Origin: the human T2T-CHM13v2.0 reference genome, Homo sapiens
Reading direction: 5' to 3' (one strand)
NCBI RefSeq assembly: GCF_009914755.1
Contig: NC_060927.1
DNA length: 64,000 nt
The first letter of the stretch is position 1; every line of letters begins with the position of its first letter. The translations under genes were made by a program, and so were the position numbers. The notes beneath the pieces are model-generated. The model was not told where the DNA came from. It did not search any database and saw nothing but the letters and a program-made list of their open reading frames with translations. This document shows, one piece after another, positions 31,330 to 46,564 of this stretch.

Positions 31330-32640
31330 ACAAAGCAAAACTTCAACAGTAGTGGTGTAAAATATTAAATTCAAATTAAAAATTTAAAGAGAACAAACAG
31401 GGTTATTTTATATTAATAAAACATAGTCCTCAGGATAAAAAAGTACAGGATTTTATATGTCAGATTACATAGAATAGAAATACATAAAACAAAAACGTTG
31501 GAGAGATAGTTATTGTGGGAGATCTTGCTGCAAGTATCTCAGCTTTTGAAAGGGAGATCAGTGGGAAAAGGCAATCAAATATGTTGAGAAGTTGAAAATA
31601 TAATTAAGAAATTTATAAGTTAGGTTTGATTTTTTAACCCTACAAACAGATTTTGGACTTTCTTTTCAATAACTCTTGAAACATTTGTAATTGCTAAGAA
31701 CCCAAGCCCTCTTATTAAAAAAAAAAAAGTAAACAGATTTAATTCTTTAGCTGTTACAGAATTAAGTTAGAAACTAGTAAAAATGTTTCTTACACAATTC
31801 ACGTACTTAGGAACTTTTAAATTCTCCCAATTTGCTGTTGAATCAAAGAGGAAAATTAAGCCATAAACTACTTAGAAACAGTAAAAATTAGAGCATTGTT
31901 GAAAATACAGTTTTGTGCAGATTATTATTCTCCAATGTTCATTCTCTCTTTCTTCCTATTGATTTAGAAGGTCACAAAGCTCAAGCCTATATTTTCCAAT
32001 CTCCATGGTAAACATAATTAGCCATGTAATTATTATGGTCTAGCCAATGATATTTAGAGAAATTAATGGTGCAACTTCTAGGTTATCATCTTATAGATGA
32101 AGTCACTTACACTGGACTATTTCACTTTTTCTATTCTGTGGACTGGATCTGAGAATCGTGTTGTCTTGATTCTGACTATACAGATGAAGACAACATTATT
32201 AGAATGGCAGCACAAGAAAATTAAAGACATTTTAAGTTCCTGATTGATATTGTAAAACAGTGCTTCATAATAGCTTGGACTTATCTGTACTATTACATTG
32301 GAGAGAAATACATTACTACCTTGTTTGATCCATTGTATATTGAGATGATATCTGTTACAGTAAGTAAGCTTGCCTCCTCACTAGAAAAGCATGTGTCCCA
32401 AACTATTGTAGTTTCACAGTTTCAAATTTCCATATTAATAATTAATGAAAAAAATGGAAATAAGTTAAACATCTAATACAAGTAAACAGTATAAGAAATG
32501 TAAAAATAGAGTAGCTAAAAGAAAGATGAAGTCAGAAACTATTGAATTAGAAAAACAGAAAAGCAACAGAAATAGTAAACAAATAAGAGCTGACTTTATA
32601 AAGTAAAATAGGCAAACATTGCAAATCAAATTAATATAGG
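31330..32640 (+). mobile_element. Highly degraded L1ME ORF2 fragments split by an LTR
   Basis: Endonuclease-region-like remnants gagaacaaacagggttattttatattaataaaa and gttgaatcaaagaggaaa. Confidence 0.5.
31898..32385 (+). mobile_element. LTR33-like ERVL LTR
   Basis: tctagccaatga...tgcaacttctagg...tctgactatacagatgaagacaaca...gagagaaatacattactaccttgttt. Confidence 0.6.
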
Positions 32641-33919
32641 TTCACAGAAGCTTCTGTTAGGAGGGTTTTGTGAGAAAAATTCATAATTAAAAGAAAAACA
32701 AGGATATGGTAAGAAAGATTAGAAATCTAATGGATTCAGTAAAATGTGACTTATTACTCACTCAAAAGCCATGTTTCCAAAAAGAAGTGAAGCCCCTAGA
32801 GAGCAAGAAGTTCTGCAGTTTGTGTTCAAGAAGCTCTACTCTGCTCAGTAGCTTTCAAGGACAACTTAATACCTTGATAAAGCTACATGCAACCCGGGAT
32901 GATGATCTGGAAATGTGTGCAGTGAACATACACTCTGATCTCTGATCATTTTAATTGATCTTATTTAGACTCACAGCTCAAAAACGTTTAACCATTCCAG
33001 TTTACAAACTGGGCGTCATCTGCAATTCATAGCAATGCTGGACCAGATTAAACCTCAGTGCATTCGACGACTTCAGACTGCATGGTCGTGCATAATAAAA
33101 TCAGCATGAGAAGAGTTATTACTTTCTGACACTATAACCATCCCTTGTCATATATTTATTCTAAAGAGTCCGTTTACTCCTTTTGAATGGTTTATGTTTG
33201 TGATATATAAAGTGATTCTTAGAAGAGAGTCACTGGAACATAGTGAGCACTCAAAAAATAAACTCTGCTATTACTATATCCTCCTCTGGCACAGCTGAGA
33301 TTGACTGTCACACAACAGAAACACAGCTTTATGCTACGAGCTTGTAGTCCATGGCAGAGCTTCATTCCATCCCAGGTAGAAGGGAGTTGATCAGTCAAAT
33401 TTAGGAGCACAGAAGTTTTACTAGGCATTTTCCCTGGTTATGGAGAAATATAGGAAACATTTTGATAAGAAAAGCATACTTGTAGGAACCCTCTAAAATT
33501 CCATCTTTTGTCTGAATTCAAATGTGTGGTAAGAAGAATTATCATAGCCACAGAAGGCCATAATGAGAACATCAACTACTTGGTGATGAAACCATAAAGC
33601 TTATGTCAGCATTTTGTGAAATTATGAGATTAATCTCCTATAAAAAAAGACAGGATAGGTAGATGGAAGAGAGACAGCAGATCCCCTTTTGACTTTAGCA
33701 AAGCTTTACTTTCTTTACTTCATTAGCATTATCAATTCAATGAGAAAATTATGGCATCAAACTGCCTAATTGGTAGTTGGAGGGTCATTCAGAATAAATT
33801 TCCTTCATAAGAATAATGTTACCCTGAGGGGACATAGCAAGCCATGTTCTGCCAGGGTGAATACAGGAACCAATTTTTTTAAAGTCATCGGTGTCCTCAC
33901 TAATGGTATAAAAATGCTG

Positions 33920-34200
33920 CAGGTTGATAGAATTTTTTAGAAACATGCAGGTTAAAATGAGAATTCAAAATGATTTCAGCAATGAACATGGATTTCAACA
34001 TGGATGGGTCAACGTTACTTTTTAAAAGGAAAAATTATATGGATATCAAGAAGAATCAATAGTTAAAGAGTAACAAAAAATGTTCCCTGGTTATAGAAGA
34101 AAATGAATTAATAAGCTGTACAGAGGTGAGCTTCAGCACAGTGTCCACAAGCCAGGCAATGAGCTGTGCATCCAAGGAGAACACAGGAGACTCAGGTATG
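33920..34200 (+). mobile_element. Possible L3/CR1 fragment
   Basis: agaattcaaaatgattt motif with weak downstream similarity only. Confidence 0.3.
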
Positions 34201-34779
34201 CCCTTAAAGGATATGGCAAATGTGAAATGTGGAGGTGGCTATAGAAATAAAATAGTCCTTAAAGATGCTTCTCTATAAGAAATACATTTTCCATGCATAC
34301 AAAATAGCCCACTTTAAATATGATTCAGTAGTCATCTGGGCCCCTCAGTTTAGCCCAAACTGACCTCTTAGTATTAAGATGTATTATGTGATGATAGAGC
34401 TATTCTTTTGATTTTGACAGAAATAATAATTTAAAGCAGCATTTCTCTTCCCATCAGTTTAGGTGAGTTGAACTGCTGTGCTGAGAGGGAGAAACTAGGA
34501 GAGGTGGCCCACGAGATTTTTATTGATACGCTTTCCTGAGATCCTCATACAAAAATATGCAAAACAACAGAATCCTACAGCAGTTATAACATTGATTGGA
34601 AATATTAGAAGTTTCACTGCTCTCAGAAGATTTTTGTAGAGGAAGGTGAGCAATATAGCACCATATTTGCTATAAAACTTATTTGTTGCCCCAAATTCTT
34701 TGACAGCTTAAATTTTTTTTCTCAAAGTTCAGCAGTAGCAATCTCATGATTGCTTTTGTTTTTCCAACATGTCCTCAAA

Positions 34780-35480
34780 AATTATATAAGCAAAACTTTA
34801 TCCCTGTGAATGAAGGATCATGGAGTTGAATCAGGGGAGCTTAAGACTGTCTTTGCAGTCAAGGAACTTGCAGTTTAGAGACATGAATGCATAAAAGGCT
34901 AACAGTACTTGTCTGTTTTTGATGGGATCCAAATAAATAATTTTTAGGATCATAATCTTAGAAAGAAGGTATCTGGGCTTTTAAATACGTAGAGGAATGA
35001 TGGAAAGAATTGGAAAAATAATTGAATAAGTAAGACCAAAAATAAGTTGTGTTACTACCAGAGTTATTATTAATAGAATAATCATTCTGGAGAAACCATG
35101 CATGTTAGGGAGCAGTGTAAGGCTTCATAAAGAAGGTGGACTCAGAATAAGAAAGGTTTTGAGTGACAAATAAAACAATTTGAACTCAATTTTGTAAATA
35201 ATGTGGAGGTTTTGAAAGCCCTTGACCTGGATAGGATGAAATACACATTTTGAGGTCAATGTATTTGTGGTGAGAAGGCAGGACCAGCAGAAAAGGAAAG
35301 AGTGGGTAGGTCATTGCCATAGTAGAGACATGAAGTGTTGTGAAACGTGGGGAGGAAGGGCAGGGCAGGGAAGATGACAGTCGAAAGAATGGTTATGAGA
35401 GGGAATCTGAAGTAAATGTGGATAGACAGGACTGTAAGGACCAAAGCACCAAGGTTTATATGTGGGGTAACAGAAACAAC
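34780..35480 (-). mobile_element. L2 fragments, antisense
   Basis: tcaaggaacttgcagtttag; purine-rich tract typical of antisense L2. Confidence 0.55.
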
Positions 35481-35649
35481 TTTGAAACTTCACAAAAATA
35501 GAAAAGCAAAAGAGAAACTGATTTCAGAAAGATTAATCAATGTATTTGAGGAAATAAAATTTAAAAAGCCAGAAAGTTCTTCAAGTAAAAATGCCTTACC
35601 AGATCTTTCTTTTTTCCTTCCCTTTAGGTAATGATTCCATCTTTTTCAT

Positions 35650-36630
35650 TGGTGTTATACCCTTGCCTCTCTACTAGTTTATTCTTTCTGAGTAACTTAC
35701 CAAGACACACACCTTCACTACCCTATTTATGCTGGTGCTTCCTAAAAATCTATCCCTACCTCCAATCTCTCTCCTAATCTCAAGACTAATTGTGTTAACT
35801 TTTACTAAATACTTCCACCTGCTTGACCAAAAGCCCACATATCCAAGATTGACTTTATTTTTCCATCCAATCCTGCTCCTTTCATAGGCTCTTTTTCTTA
35901 GTTAGCATCACCATCTATTGTGTCCAAACTGAAAATTCTTGACATCTCCTTCCATTGTTCAACAACTACCACTTGTCCCTGGAAATTCTAAACATTCTTA
36001 TTAGTTTTCAAAATCTTATAGCTACCATAAAAAAGTTCTCTTATAATTATTTTCTTCATTCTACCATTATCATTTTTCCTGGGATTTTGTAGCAGATACA
36101 ATATTTTAGATTATGACTTTATTACTTTTTTTCAAACTATCTCTTTGCAATGTGACTATGTCATTCAGTTATAGTAATTATTTTCTCAAAAACTGAAAGA
36201 GAGCCATAAAACCTAACACAAATGTCTTCAAACCTGACTCCATGCTACTTCTCCATCCACTTCCAGCAAGAGCTCAGTGTTCTGGCCACCTTGGGTTCTT
36301 CACTGATATTCAATACACCAGGTACTTCAGTACACATGTGTTTTACCCATGCTTTCCTTCCATTCTATAAGGCTCGTTTCCACTCTTATTTACCTCTTTA
36401 ATTCCTACTCACTCCTCAAGACCTGACTTAAAGATCATATTTTTTAGCCAAGCCCCTTGACACAAGTTGTCAGAATTAAAATCCTTATTGCCTTCTAGCA
36501 ATAATTTTGCCACTCATCATATTGCATCATGGCTATTTGTGGAGACACCTGGTTTGACCACCACAATCCTTTTCAGGTTTTATTCATCTTGAAATTTACA
36601 GCAGCCAGCACAGTGTCAAGCATGAATGAG
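35650..36630 (+). mobile_element. L2 3' portion
   Basis: tatgctggtg...ccaatctctctcctaatctcaagact RT remnant; ends cagcacagtgtcaagcatgaatga. Confidence 0.7.
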
Positions 36631-38429
36631 GATTTCTGTTTACTGATATCAGCTTATTTGAATTAAGCTCACTTTAACTGAAGACATCTGTGAGAAGTGG
36701 GGAAAAAAGGTACTGAAACTCAGAGAAAGGACAAAGAAATTAGAACATGCTTCTTTTCCAAGTTTCTTGGAGAGGGTTAACTTATAGAGGATGATGACAC
36801 AGAGAAGGTAGGAAGAAAAAAAAATAGAAGTGAAGCCGTTAGTGAAGCATAAAAAGTACAGGGAAAGAAAATGGTACTGAAAGCAGTCCATTGGAAACAA
36901 GCCTCAGAAGAAAGGTTTAGAGCCTTGTTTCATTATTGCCAAGTTCTATGGGTCAGGCTGGCTGCTTTAAAGGATAATTTTCTCCTCCCTCTCACATGAA
37001 GATATGTAAATGGCATCCAGATGTTTTAGGATGATCATTCTTTTAATAATTTTCTTAATGAAATATTTTAGAGATTGTAAATAACATAAATATACTTTCC
37101 ATTTGTTCATTTGTTTACTGAATCAGCTGTTAATTCAAGTATAGTGTAACGAGTAGCATTGTATTTGTACCATATTTGCCTGCTGATGGTTTGTATTCAT
37201 TTACTAATAAATTGGTCTTTTATCAAATTGATTATATCTCTGTCCCATTAAAATCTGGATAAGTAGATATAAGTTGCTTTCCCAGTTTAAATCTTTACCC
37301 TCATTGTTTTTATTATCTACACAATAGTATATGTGCAGCAAACCAAATATGGGTTGAAAAAATGGTCTACTGATTTTCCTAATTTGCCCTCTCTTCATAC
37401 TCTCAAATTTTTATGGGACCTAATTAGCATTAACAATTATAATTCCAGTTGCTAGGTAAAAGTGTCAGAAATGATAGCCTAGGACAAACCAAGTATATTA
37501 TCTGACTTTGACACAGACATATATTCAGTTATTCCTCATAAAATCAACTTTAAAATCCTGTAGATATGATTTTATACTCCTCACTTATTTTAGTAACCAA
37601 GTATGTTCTGTAATCTCAGGTTGTTTCTAATTGTTATAATTTTAAAAGGAGCTCATATGTTATCCAGCCTTCAAATCACTTCTCACTGGTCTTCAAATGA
37701 AGAAATAGTGGCTTCTGTTATGACTTATTTGATCCTCCCACAAAAAAATGACCCTTTCTGAAAGATATAAAGCATATCCTAAATACCTAGGTGAAATCTA
37801 CCAGCCAATCTGTCAATATTCTCTTCTTGAAAAATTCTGGAGCAACACCACCCTGCTTTGTCTCTTGCAGAAATCTTACCTCTTCAAACGTTGGTAATGA
37901 GTTGTAGAATTATAATTACAATAGACTCATCTAATTTTCCTTTTTTCTTGCTCTTTCTGCTTGGAATGCCCTTTTCCTTTTGTTTAAGTATTCATCTTTA
38001 AAAGCTCTCCTCTTAATCCAGTATATATCACTGCGCAAAGAAGAACAAATAGACAAACAATTGAATGAGCAACTGAAGTGATATCATACGTAATTTGATG
38101 CCAAACTCGAGTAATTTCATGTTTTTATATAGATGTGGTTTTGACTATGTCTTCATTTACTTCTTACAGGCTCTACCATGATTTTAGTATCTAGTGAGGA
38201 AATTATTCCAATGCCAGTACTCATGATAATCAGTACCACATTTTATATACTACATTGAAAGACCACCCTGAAGGAGCTTAAAATTCAGCAATTGCAAAAT
38301 CAAATCTTTTTCGCTTTTTTATTGAATATCATCCACATAAATTCTAGATATCTTAGAGATATTATAAATTAATTTCAGTTCACCCATGCACACATTTTAA
38401 TCAGAAGTCAAATCATGTTAATTTTATTT

Positions 38430-39365
38430 TTTATTTCTTCATTTTTATTTTTTAAGTTGTAATAAAAGATGAGGTTGTAAGATGATTTCATAACACTGCC
38501 TTTTGGTTTCTCACCATTTTATTTCCACTTCCCTCTCTGAACAGTCATTAAATGCTAATTTGGAATATATTTTTCTGGATTATTTTCAGTGCATTTACAA
38601 ATGTGCCCATCTGCATACGCACAGTCTTAGTTTAATAAATATGATCCTATTATATATATATTTCTTTGACTTTTTTCACATAACAATATATCATAGCAGT
38701 ATCTCCATGGCACTATGAATACATTTATCACCTTTGTAACAGCTACATAGTAATAAATAATCTATATCTACCATCAATTATTTAACTTTACCCTTATTAA
38801 TGAGCATTTAGTGCACCTCCATTTGTTTTTTTTTTTTTTTTGCTGCTTACAACAATGACAAAATGAATATCCTTGTATATAACTTTGTGCCTAATGTAAA
38901 TATTTCTCTAGCACAAAGTTTAAATGTAAAGTTGCTTGGTCAAAGGTCATGTGTGTTTTACATTCTCCTAGAATCTAGAAAATTGCCTTTCAAAACCACT
39001 TGTGTCAATTTACATTTCCACCAACATTGGAGGATGTATTACCTGTTTCTTCACAAATATATCAAAACAGAAAATTTTTAATTTTTCAAAATTATTTTTG
39101 TGTGATGGACATAAAAAATGCTATTGTATTTTGATTTAATTTGCAATTCTGTAATTTTTCGTATAGTTGAACATTTTTCACAAAGCTTATTACCCACTTG
39201 TAATTCTGTATATATTTGCCCATATCTTGGTTTATTTGTCTTTCTATTACTATATTAGAGCTCCTTATGAACCCATTGTATATATTTGCCCATATCTTGG
39301 TTTATTTGTCTTTCTATTACTATATTAGAGCTCCTTATGAACCCATTGTATTATAGATGTTGCAA
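38430..39365 (-). mobile_element. Old L1ME/MC 3' end
   Basis: atgaatatccttgtatat, ccaacattggagg, ttgatttaatttgca antisense L1 motifs. Confidence 0.65.
39207..39351. repeat. Perfect 70-bp tandem duplication
   Basis: 39207-39276 is identical to 39277-39346, followed by a 5-bp partial copy tgtat. Confidence 0.97.
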
Positions 39366-39939
39366 GAAAATAAAAACTCATCAAAATACAATAACAAAAA
39401 CAACAATGTAATAATTCCATTGGGTAAAAGCCAGTTTTATTAAGTGACCAGATGAGTCAGTATACCTGGCCTGCCAAGAATTTGAGGTTTGGTGGTACAC
39501 TTCAAGCTTGTCTAGGTCCTGGCTGCAGTTTGTTGCCATTTGATGTCTATTTTCTGATATGATTCACAAACTCAAAGGGAATATTCTGGGACCTGTGGCT
39601 AGCTAAGATTTGTAGGACAATGACAGCAATTTCAGAAGTCTTCTACCTGATTAGAACTAGTTACATCATCGTGCTCATGAGAGGCTGAGCTGATAGACTA
39701 TAAGTGAAACAAAATACTGAGTGACCCAGCCTCTGTGTATCATTTCCTGAGACGGAAGTTTCTACTTTTCTGCCTAGTTACGCTGTTCTCTATATGTACA
39801 CCTCCTTCTTCTTGCAGATGCTATAAAGACTGTTGCATAAAACTATTTGAAAACAGAACAAGCAGAAAACAGAAGCCAACATTCTGTGTTTTACCAAAAT
39901 TCATCTCATCACAACTTCTGTAACCATAGGATTCTGCTG

Positions 39940-41597
<1,658 letters not shown>

Positions 41598-42740
41598 TCT
41601 ATTTTGCTTTTGTTGCCTGTGCTTTTGAGATCATACCCCAAAAATCATTGCTGAGACCAATGTCACTGAGCTTTTCCCCTGTGTTTTCTTCTAGTAGTAT
41701 CATAGCTTCAAGCCTTACATTTTCTTAATCCATTTTGAGTTTATTTTTGTATATGGTGTGAGATAAGGTTCTAATTCCATTTTTTTTTTCTCTGTGTGAA
41801 TATCCAGTTCTCTCAGCGCCATTTATTGAAGAGACTGTCCTTTCCTTAGTGTGTGTTTTTTGGCACATTTGTCAAAAATCAGTTGGCTGCAAATATGTAA
41901 ATTATTTCTGGGCTCTCTAATCTGTTCCAATGATCTGCATGTCTCTTTTTATGGCAGTGCCATGCTGTTTTGGTTACTGTAGTTCTGAAGTCAGGTAGTA
42001 TCATAATGCATCCAGCTTTGTTCATTTTGCTCAAGATTGCTTTTGCTGTCTGTGCTCTTCTGTGGTTTCATACATATTTTAGGATTGTTTTTTCTACTTT
42101 TGTAAAGAATGTCATTGGTATGTTCATAGGAATTCCATTGAATCTGCAGATCACTTTCAGTAGTATAGTCATTTTATCAGTGTTAATTCTTCCAAGCCAT
42201 TAACATGAACTATTTCTCCATTTATATGTGTCTTCTTCAATATTTTCATCAATGTTTTATATCAGGGGTGTCCAATCTTTTGGCTTCCCTGGGCCACATT
42301 GCAGGAATAATTGTCTTGGGCCACACACAAAATACACTAACACTAAGGATAGCCGATGAGCTAAAAAAAAAAAAAAAAAAAAAATCAGAAAGAAATCTCA
42401 TGTTTTAAGAAAGTTTGCAAATTTGTCCACATTCAAAGCTATCCTGGTCGGTATGCAGCCCATGGGGTATGTGTTGGACAAGCTTGTTTTATAGTTTTTA
42501 GTGTAGCAATCTTTTATCTCCTTGGTTACATTTATTTCTATTGGTTACATTTATTTCTAAGTATTTTTATTTGTAGCTATCATAAATGGAATTGTTTTCT
42601 TGATTTCTTTTTCAGATAGTTCATTGTTAGTGTATACATTACTACTGATTTTTTGTATGTTGAGTTTGTATCCTGCAACTTTAGCTAAATTTGTTCATTA
42701 GTTCTAACATTTTTGGTGGACTTTTAGGGATTTCTATATA
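41598..42740 (-). mobile_element. L1MA ORF2 fragment
   Basis: ccatttattgaagagactgtcc, gctcaagattgctt, tttgtatcctgcaacttt. Confidence 0.85.
42263..42486 (+). mobile_element. MER30 hAT-Charlie element
   Basis: caggggtgtccaatc...ttggacaagcttg termini; 8-bp TSD ttttata(t/g). Confidence 0.92.
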
Positions 42741-42914
42741 TTGTATTCTAAATATAATCCTATATATTGGATTCAAAATATAATCCAATATATAGAAAGC
42801 CCTAATTCAATTTTATATACTAGATTATACATAGGAATTCCATTGAACCTGCAGATCACTTTGCAGATTCAGTGGAATTCCTATATATAACCAATCTTAG
42901 ATAACTTTACTACC

Positions 42915-43490
42915 TCAGTCAAGGGTTTACAGGTGATCGATACCACTATATTTTACCCCTCCTCCCCCACAAGAAAAGATTTAATATAGAGAATTGGATG
43001 CTTAGAAAATTGCAGCAAGGACCAGAGAAGCACAATATAGGCTGCACTTCCAGTAGTGACACCCAAAATAGCATTTTGGAACCCAGAAACTGAATGTTGG
43101 AATATCAAAAAGTCCCTGTTCAAGTGCTCACCCCAAGACTACACTTTAGCCATCACCCAGGTATCTGGAAGCTCCTCCATAGCTGTTGATTCTAGGACCA
43201 CACTTTGTTAGCCTTCAAGATGGAAATTCCAAATGGAATGTAACTGTCAACAGTTGCAAACTACCTAGGATCAAACCACTGAGATGCTGCTACAGCCACC
43301 CTAGAAAACAAAATGCTTTTCCAACTCTGGTTGCCAGCAACAACAGAAGCACATTCTCTGCCTCATTTTCAGTTCCAAATATCTCCTGTGAATGTCTGCT
43401 TATAGAAGTTGGATCACATGTGGAACATAAGCAGAAAGGGTGTCTGGTAAATGTAATCTTAGGATTTACAGCTTTTAGCATCCAATAAGT
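42915..43490 (-). mobile_element. Old LTR fragment (LTR78/79/85-like; family uncertain)
   Basis: gatttaatatagagaattgg and aagggtgtctggtaaatgtaa motifs. Confidence 0.35.
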
Positions 43491-43529
43491 CATGCTACAA
43501 AAGTTTGAAATAATGTTTAGAAAACTACA

Positions 43530-43980
43530 ATTTGTCATTCTTTATTAATTATGTTAAATTATCATAATATGTCTAAATATTTGGAAGATTTTCTATGTAG
43601 AACATACCAACCAAAAATAAAAACACCTTTGTTTCACCAGTTCTTATTCCTTTTAATCCTTTTCTTATCTTATTTACAGGCTAAGACCTTCAATAAATCC
43701 TGACTGTAATTGAAATGGCTTTAATGTAAGACAAAAAAAATAGCCTGTTTGCTGTAGGCTTCTGGTAAATTATCTTTATCAAATTAAGAATGTTTACTTA
43801 TACTCCACATTTACTATGAGGTGTTTTTTTTTTCTCTGTTTGTTTTACAAACAGGAATAAATGTTGAATTTTATCTAATTTTCTGATAGAGTCAAGATAA
43901 TTGCATGTTTTATCTCCTTAATCTATGAAAGCAGTGAATTTTACTAATAGTTTTGCTAATGGTGAACAATTTCTACATTC
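43530..43980 (-). mobile_element. Old L1ME fragment
   Basis: gtttgctgtaggcttctggtaaatt, atgttgaattttatc. Confidence 0.55.
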
Positions 43981-43989
43981 CTGTCTATT

Positions 43990-44240
43990 CTGTCTTTATG
44001 AAGCCTCTTATCTGTCCTTTCCATGCTACACTTGATGCTCCTGCATTAGGTCATATTCTCATTATCTTTCACCTACACTACTGCAATAGCCTTCTAATTG
44101 GTTTTTCAGTCGTAAGTGTGGTTTCTGCAATTGCATTATTTACATTTAAACTAGAAGTCTCTTTCTCATTGCATAATCTCACTCTGGCTCTCAAAATCCT
44201 TTAGTGACTCTCCATGACCTAGGAAGGAAGATTAAAATTA
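43990..44240 (+). mobile_element. L2 fragment
   Basis: cacctacactactgcaatagccttctaattggt. Confidence 0.65.
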
Positions 44241-44392
44241 GGAATTAATTATATTCTAAGCTATAATTACATCAGCACTTTATTAGTATTGCTATTGTTG
44301 TGTAAGTTTACCATGAATTGGTCATAAGAAGCCACTGGAGAATCCATAAAACATCCCAAACATGGTCATGTCTCTGAGTCTTTCATCTAGCT

Positions 44393-44662
44393 CAGCATTT
44401 CCCCAAGTATGTCTTAGAGAACACTAGTCCCAAGAGTTACTTTTGAAAATAATGGTTTCAAAATCAAATAAATTATGAAAATGATGATTTCACTATGCTG
44501 GTCTCAAAAATTCATGTTATATATCAGAATAAGAAACACTGTGTAAAATCTTATAATAAATACAGTAAGGACACTCTTAGCTTAGCACTCTCTAAACATA
44601 TTTATATACAAAATCTTTCATTTAGCAAAGTTCCTATGGAATACACTTTATCGGAAAAACAA
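44393..44662. mobile_element. MER113/MER112-like hAT-Charlie element
   Basis: cagcatttccccaagtatg...gaacactagt start; ttcctatggaatacacttt end. Confidence 0.5.
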
Positions 44663-45643
44663 AATGCTCCAAACGTTTTTCTCATTGTAGATTGTGCTTC
44701 CTCTCTTTACCATCCATCAAATTCTACTCATCCTTCAGGATTTACTCTGTGAGTCTCTCTGGATAAAACCCATCTTCACGTTAGAATTCATTCTCTAAAT
44801 TCCCACAGCATATCTTTATACCCTTTTTAAACTGCCTACTTTATCCTTCCCTAAAATAAATTTTAGTTCTTTGGAATTTCCATTTCATTTCAGAAAATAG
44901 TTGGCATATAATAGTTGCTTAATAGGCATTGTATTTTTTCAACCCATTTAAGTTCTTCTCCATTTTATGGACTTGGGCATTTTATATTTTATATCTGTAT
45001 TTTATATTTGTATTTGTATTTATATTTGCATTTTATATTTATATCTAAAATTGTATTAGATATTATTAAAGGCACAGAATACATTTGAGAAGTGGCTCTG
45101 ACCATGAAGAATGTATTATTTTGGAGAAAGTACAGTCTTATTTGAAGACATTAGGTAAACATATATTAATAAAAATACAAAAATACAAACTATAACATAA
45201 GTTGCATAGTCTTTCGTCCTTTAGGACATCAGAGAGAGGAGATTTCATTGCAATTTTGCCTAAACAGATCAGGCAGCGTGAAAGGTGGGACTTTAGAGTG
45301 CTCTGACCAGAGGGCGTGAGCCCAAGGAAAACATTCTCAGTGCCATGAAAGGAACCCAGACACTCTGTTCTCCTTACACCCACATCCTGTTTGGATCTCA
45401 TTAGTATCTACTGGGCTTCATTCAAACATTCTGACCAACACATGCTGTTCCCCTTGTTCCATTTTCCCCCACTGAATTTTCAATAAGTTATCAGAAATAC
45501 GGTTTAATAAGAGAACCAATCATGCTAGAGAACAAATGGATGTATAAGAATTTTACTTGATTACAGAAGCCTAGGTTAGGAGAATTCAAATGCATCCATG
45601 CATATAGATAAAAGGTACCCTACGCCATTGGCGATCCCAGTAA

Positions 45644-45995
<352 letters not shown>

Positions 45996-46564
45996 AGGGA
46001 AATCTTTCTTAATCCTTGATCATCTTGAAGTGACCCTGGAGATTACTTGACAAAAACAAGGGCTATTTATAATGATAAAAGTATGTTCCACAGACAGCTT
46101 ACGGATGTTCAAATCTAGGAAACAGTGCATTGGGGCGTACAGGGGACAGAATTCAGAAATGAGCACGATAAATTACCACTTGGGATAGTGATTACCGCAA
46201 GATTTATGTTCTTCCAGGACATTAGCAGCTAAGCCTTATTTGTAAGAAGACCAAAGCAAAATATAAGAAGAAATTTTTCTTCTTGTATTTTGTGTAGATG
46301 TGTAGCAATATGGTGAAAATGGAAGGAGAGAACCTTAGAGTTAATTGCAAAGTGTTCAGCAAGTCCTGTGTCATATGACTTCTCCCTGGTATTTTGGTCT
46401 CTTGCTCTCATTCCCATTGCTACAAATTGTCCAACCTACACTCTATCTTTCCCACACCCCTCCCTTCATCATTCTCTGTAGTCCTGGTCTATGTTACCCA
46501 GGAAGCAATGCCAGAAGTATAGGGCAGAGTGGAGGATACTCTCATCACCACATGCTGTCTTTGT

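Noticed and set aside
32895-32950. ATGATGA...CTGA resembling a C/D-box snoRNA
   Set aside because: The boxes are only ~30-40 nt apart with no convincing terminal stem; too short.
33005-33030. Minus-strand GCAGATGAC resembling an RT ADD motif
   Set aside because: Flanked by stops, with no further RT similarity.
37850-37935. Splice-like signals (ctcttgcag acceptor on plus; gag|gtaaga donor on minus)
   Set aside because: No matching partner site giving a credible coding exon. A non-coding exon cannot be excluded without RNA data.
39790-39925. Polypyrimidine tract with cag acceptor at ~39817
   Set aside because: Two frames stop quickly, the third is unrecognisable, and the donor is weak.
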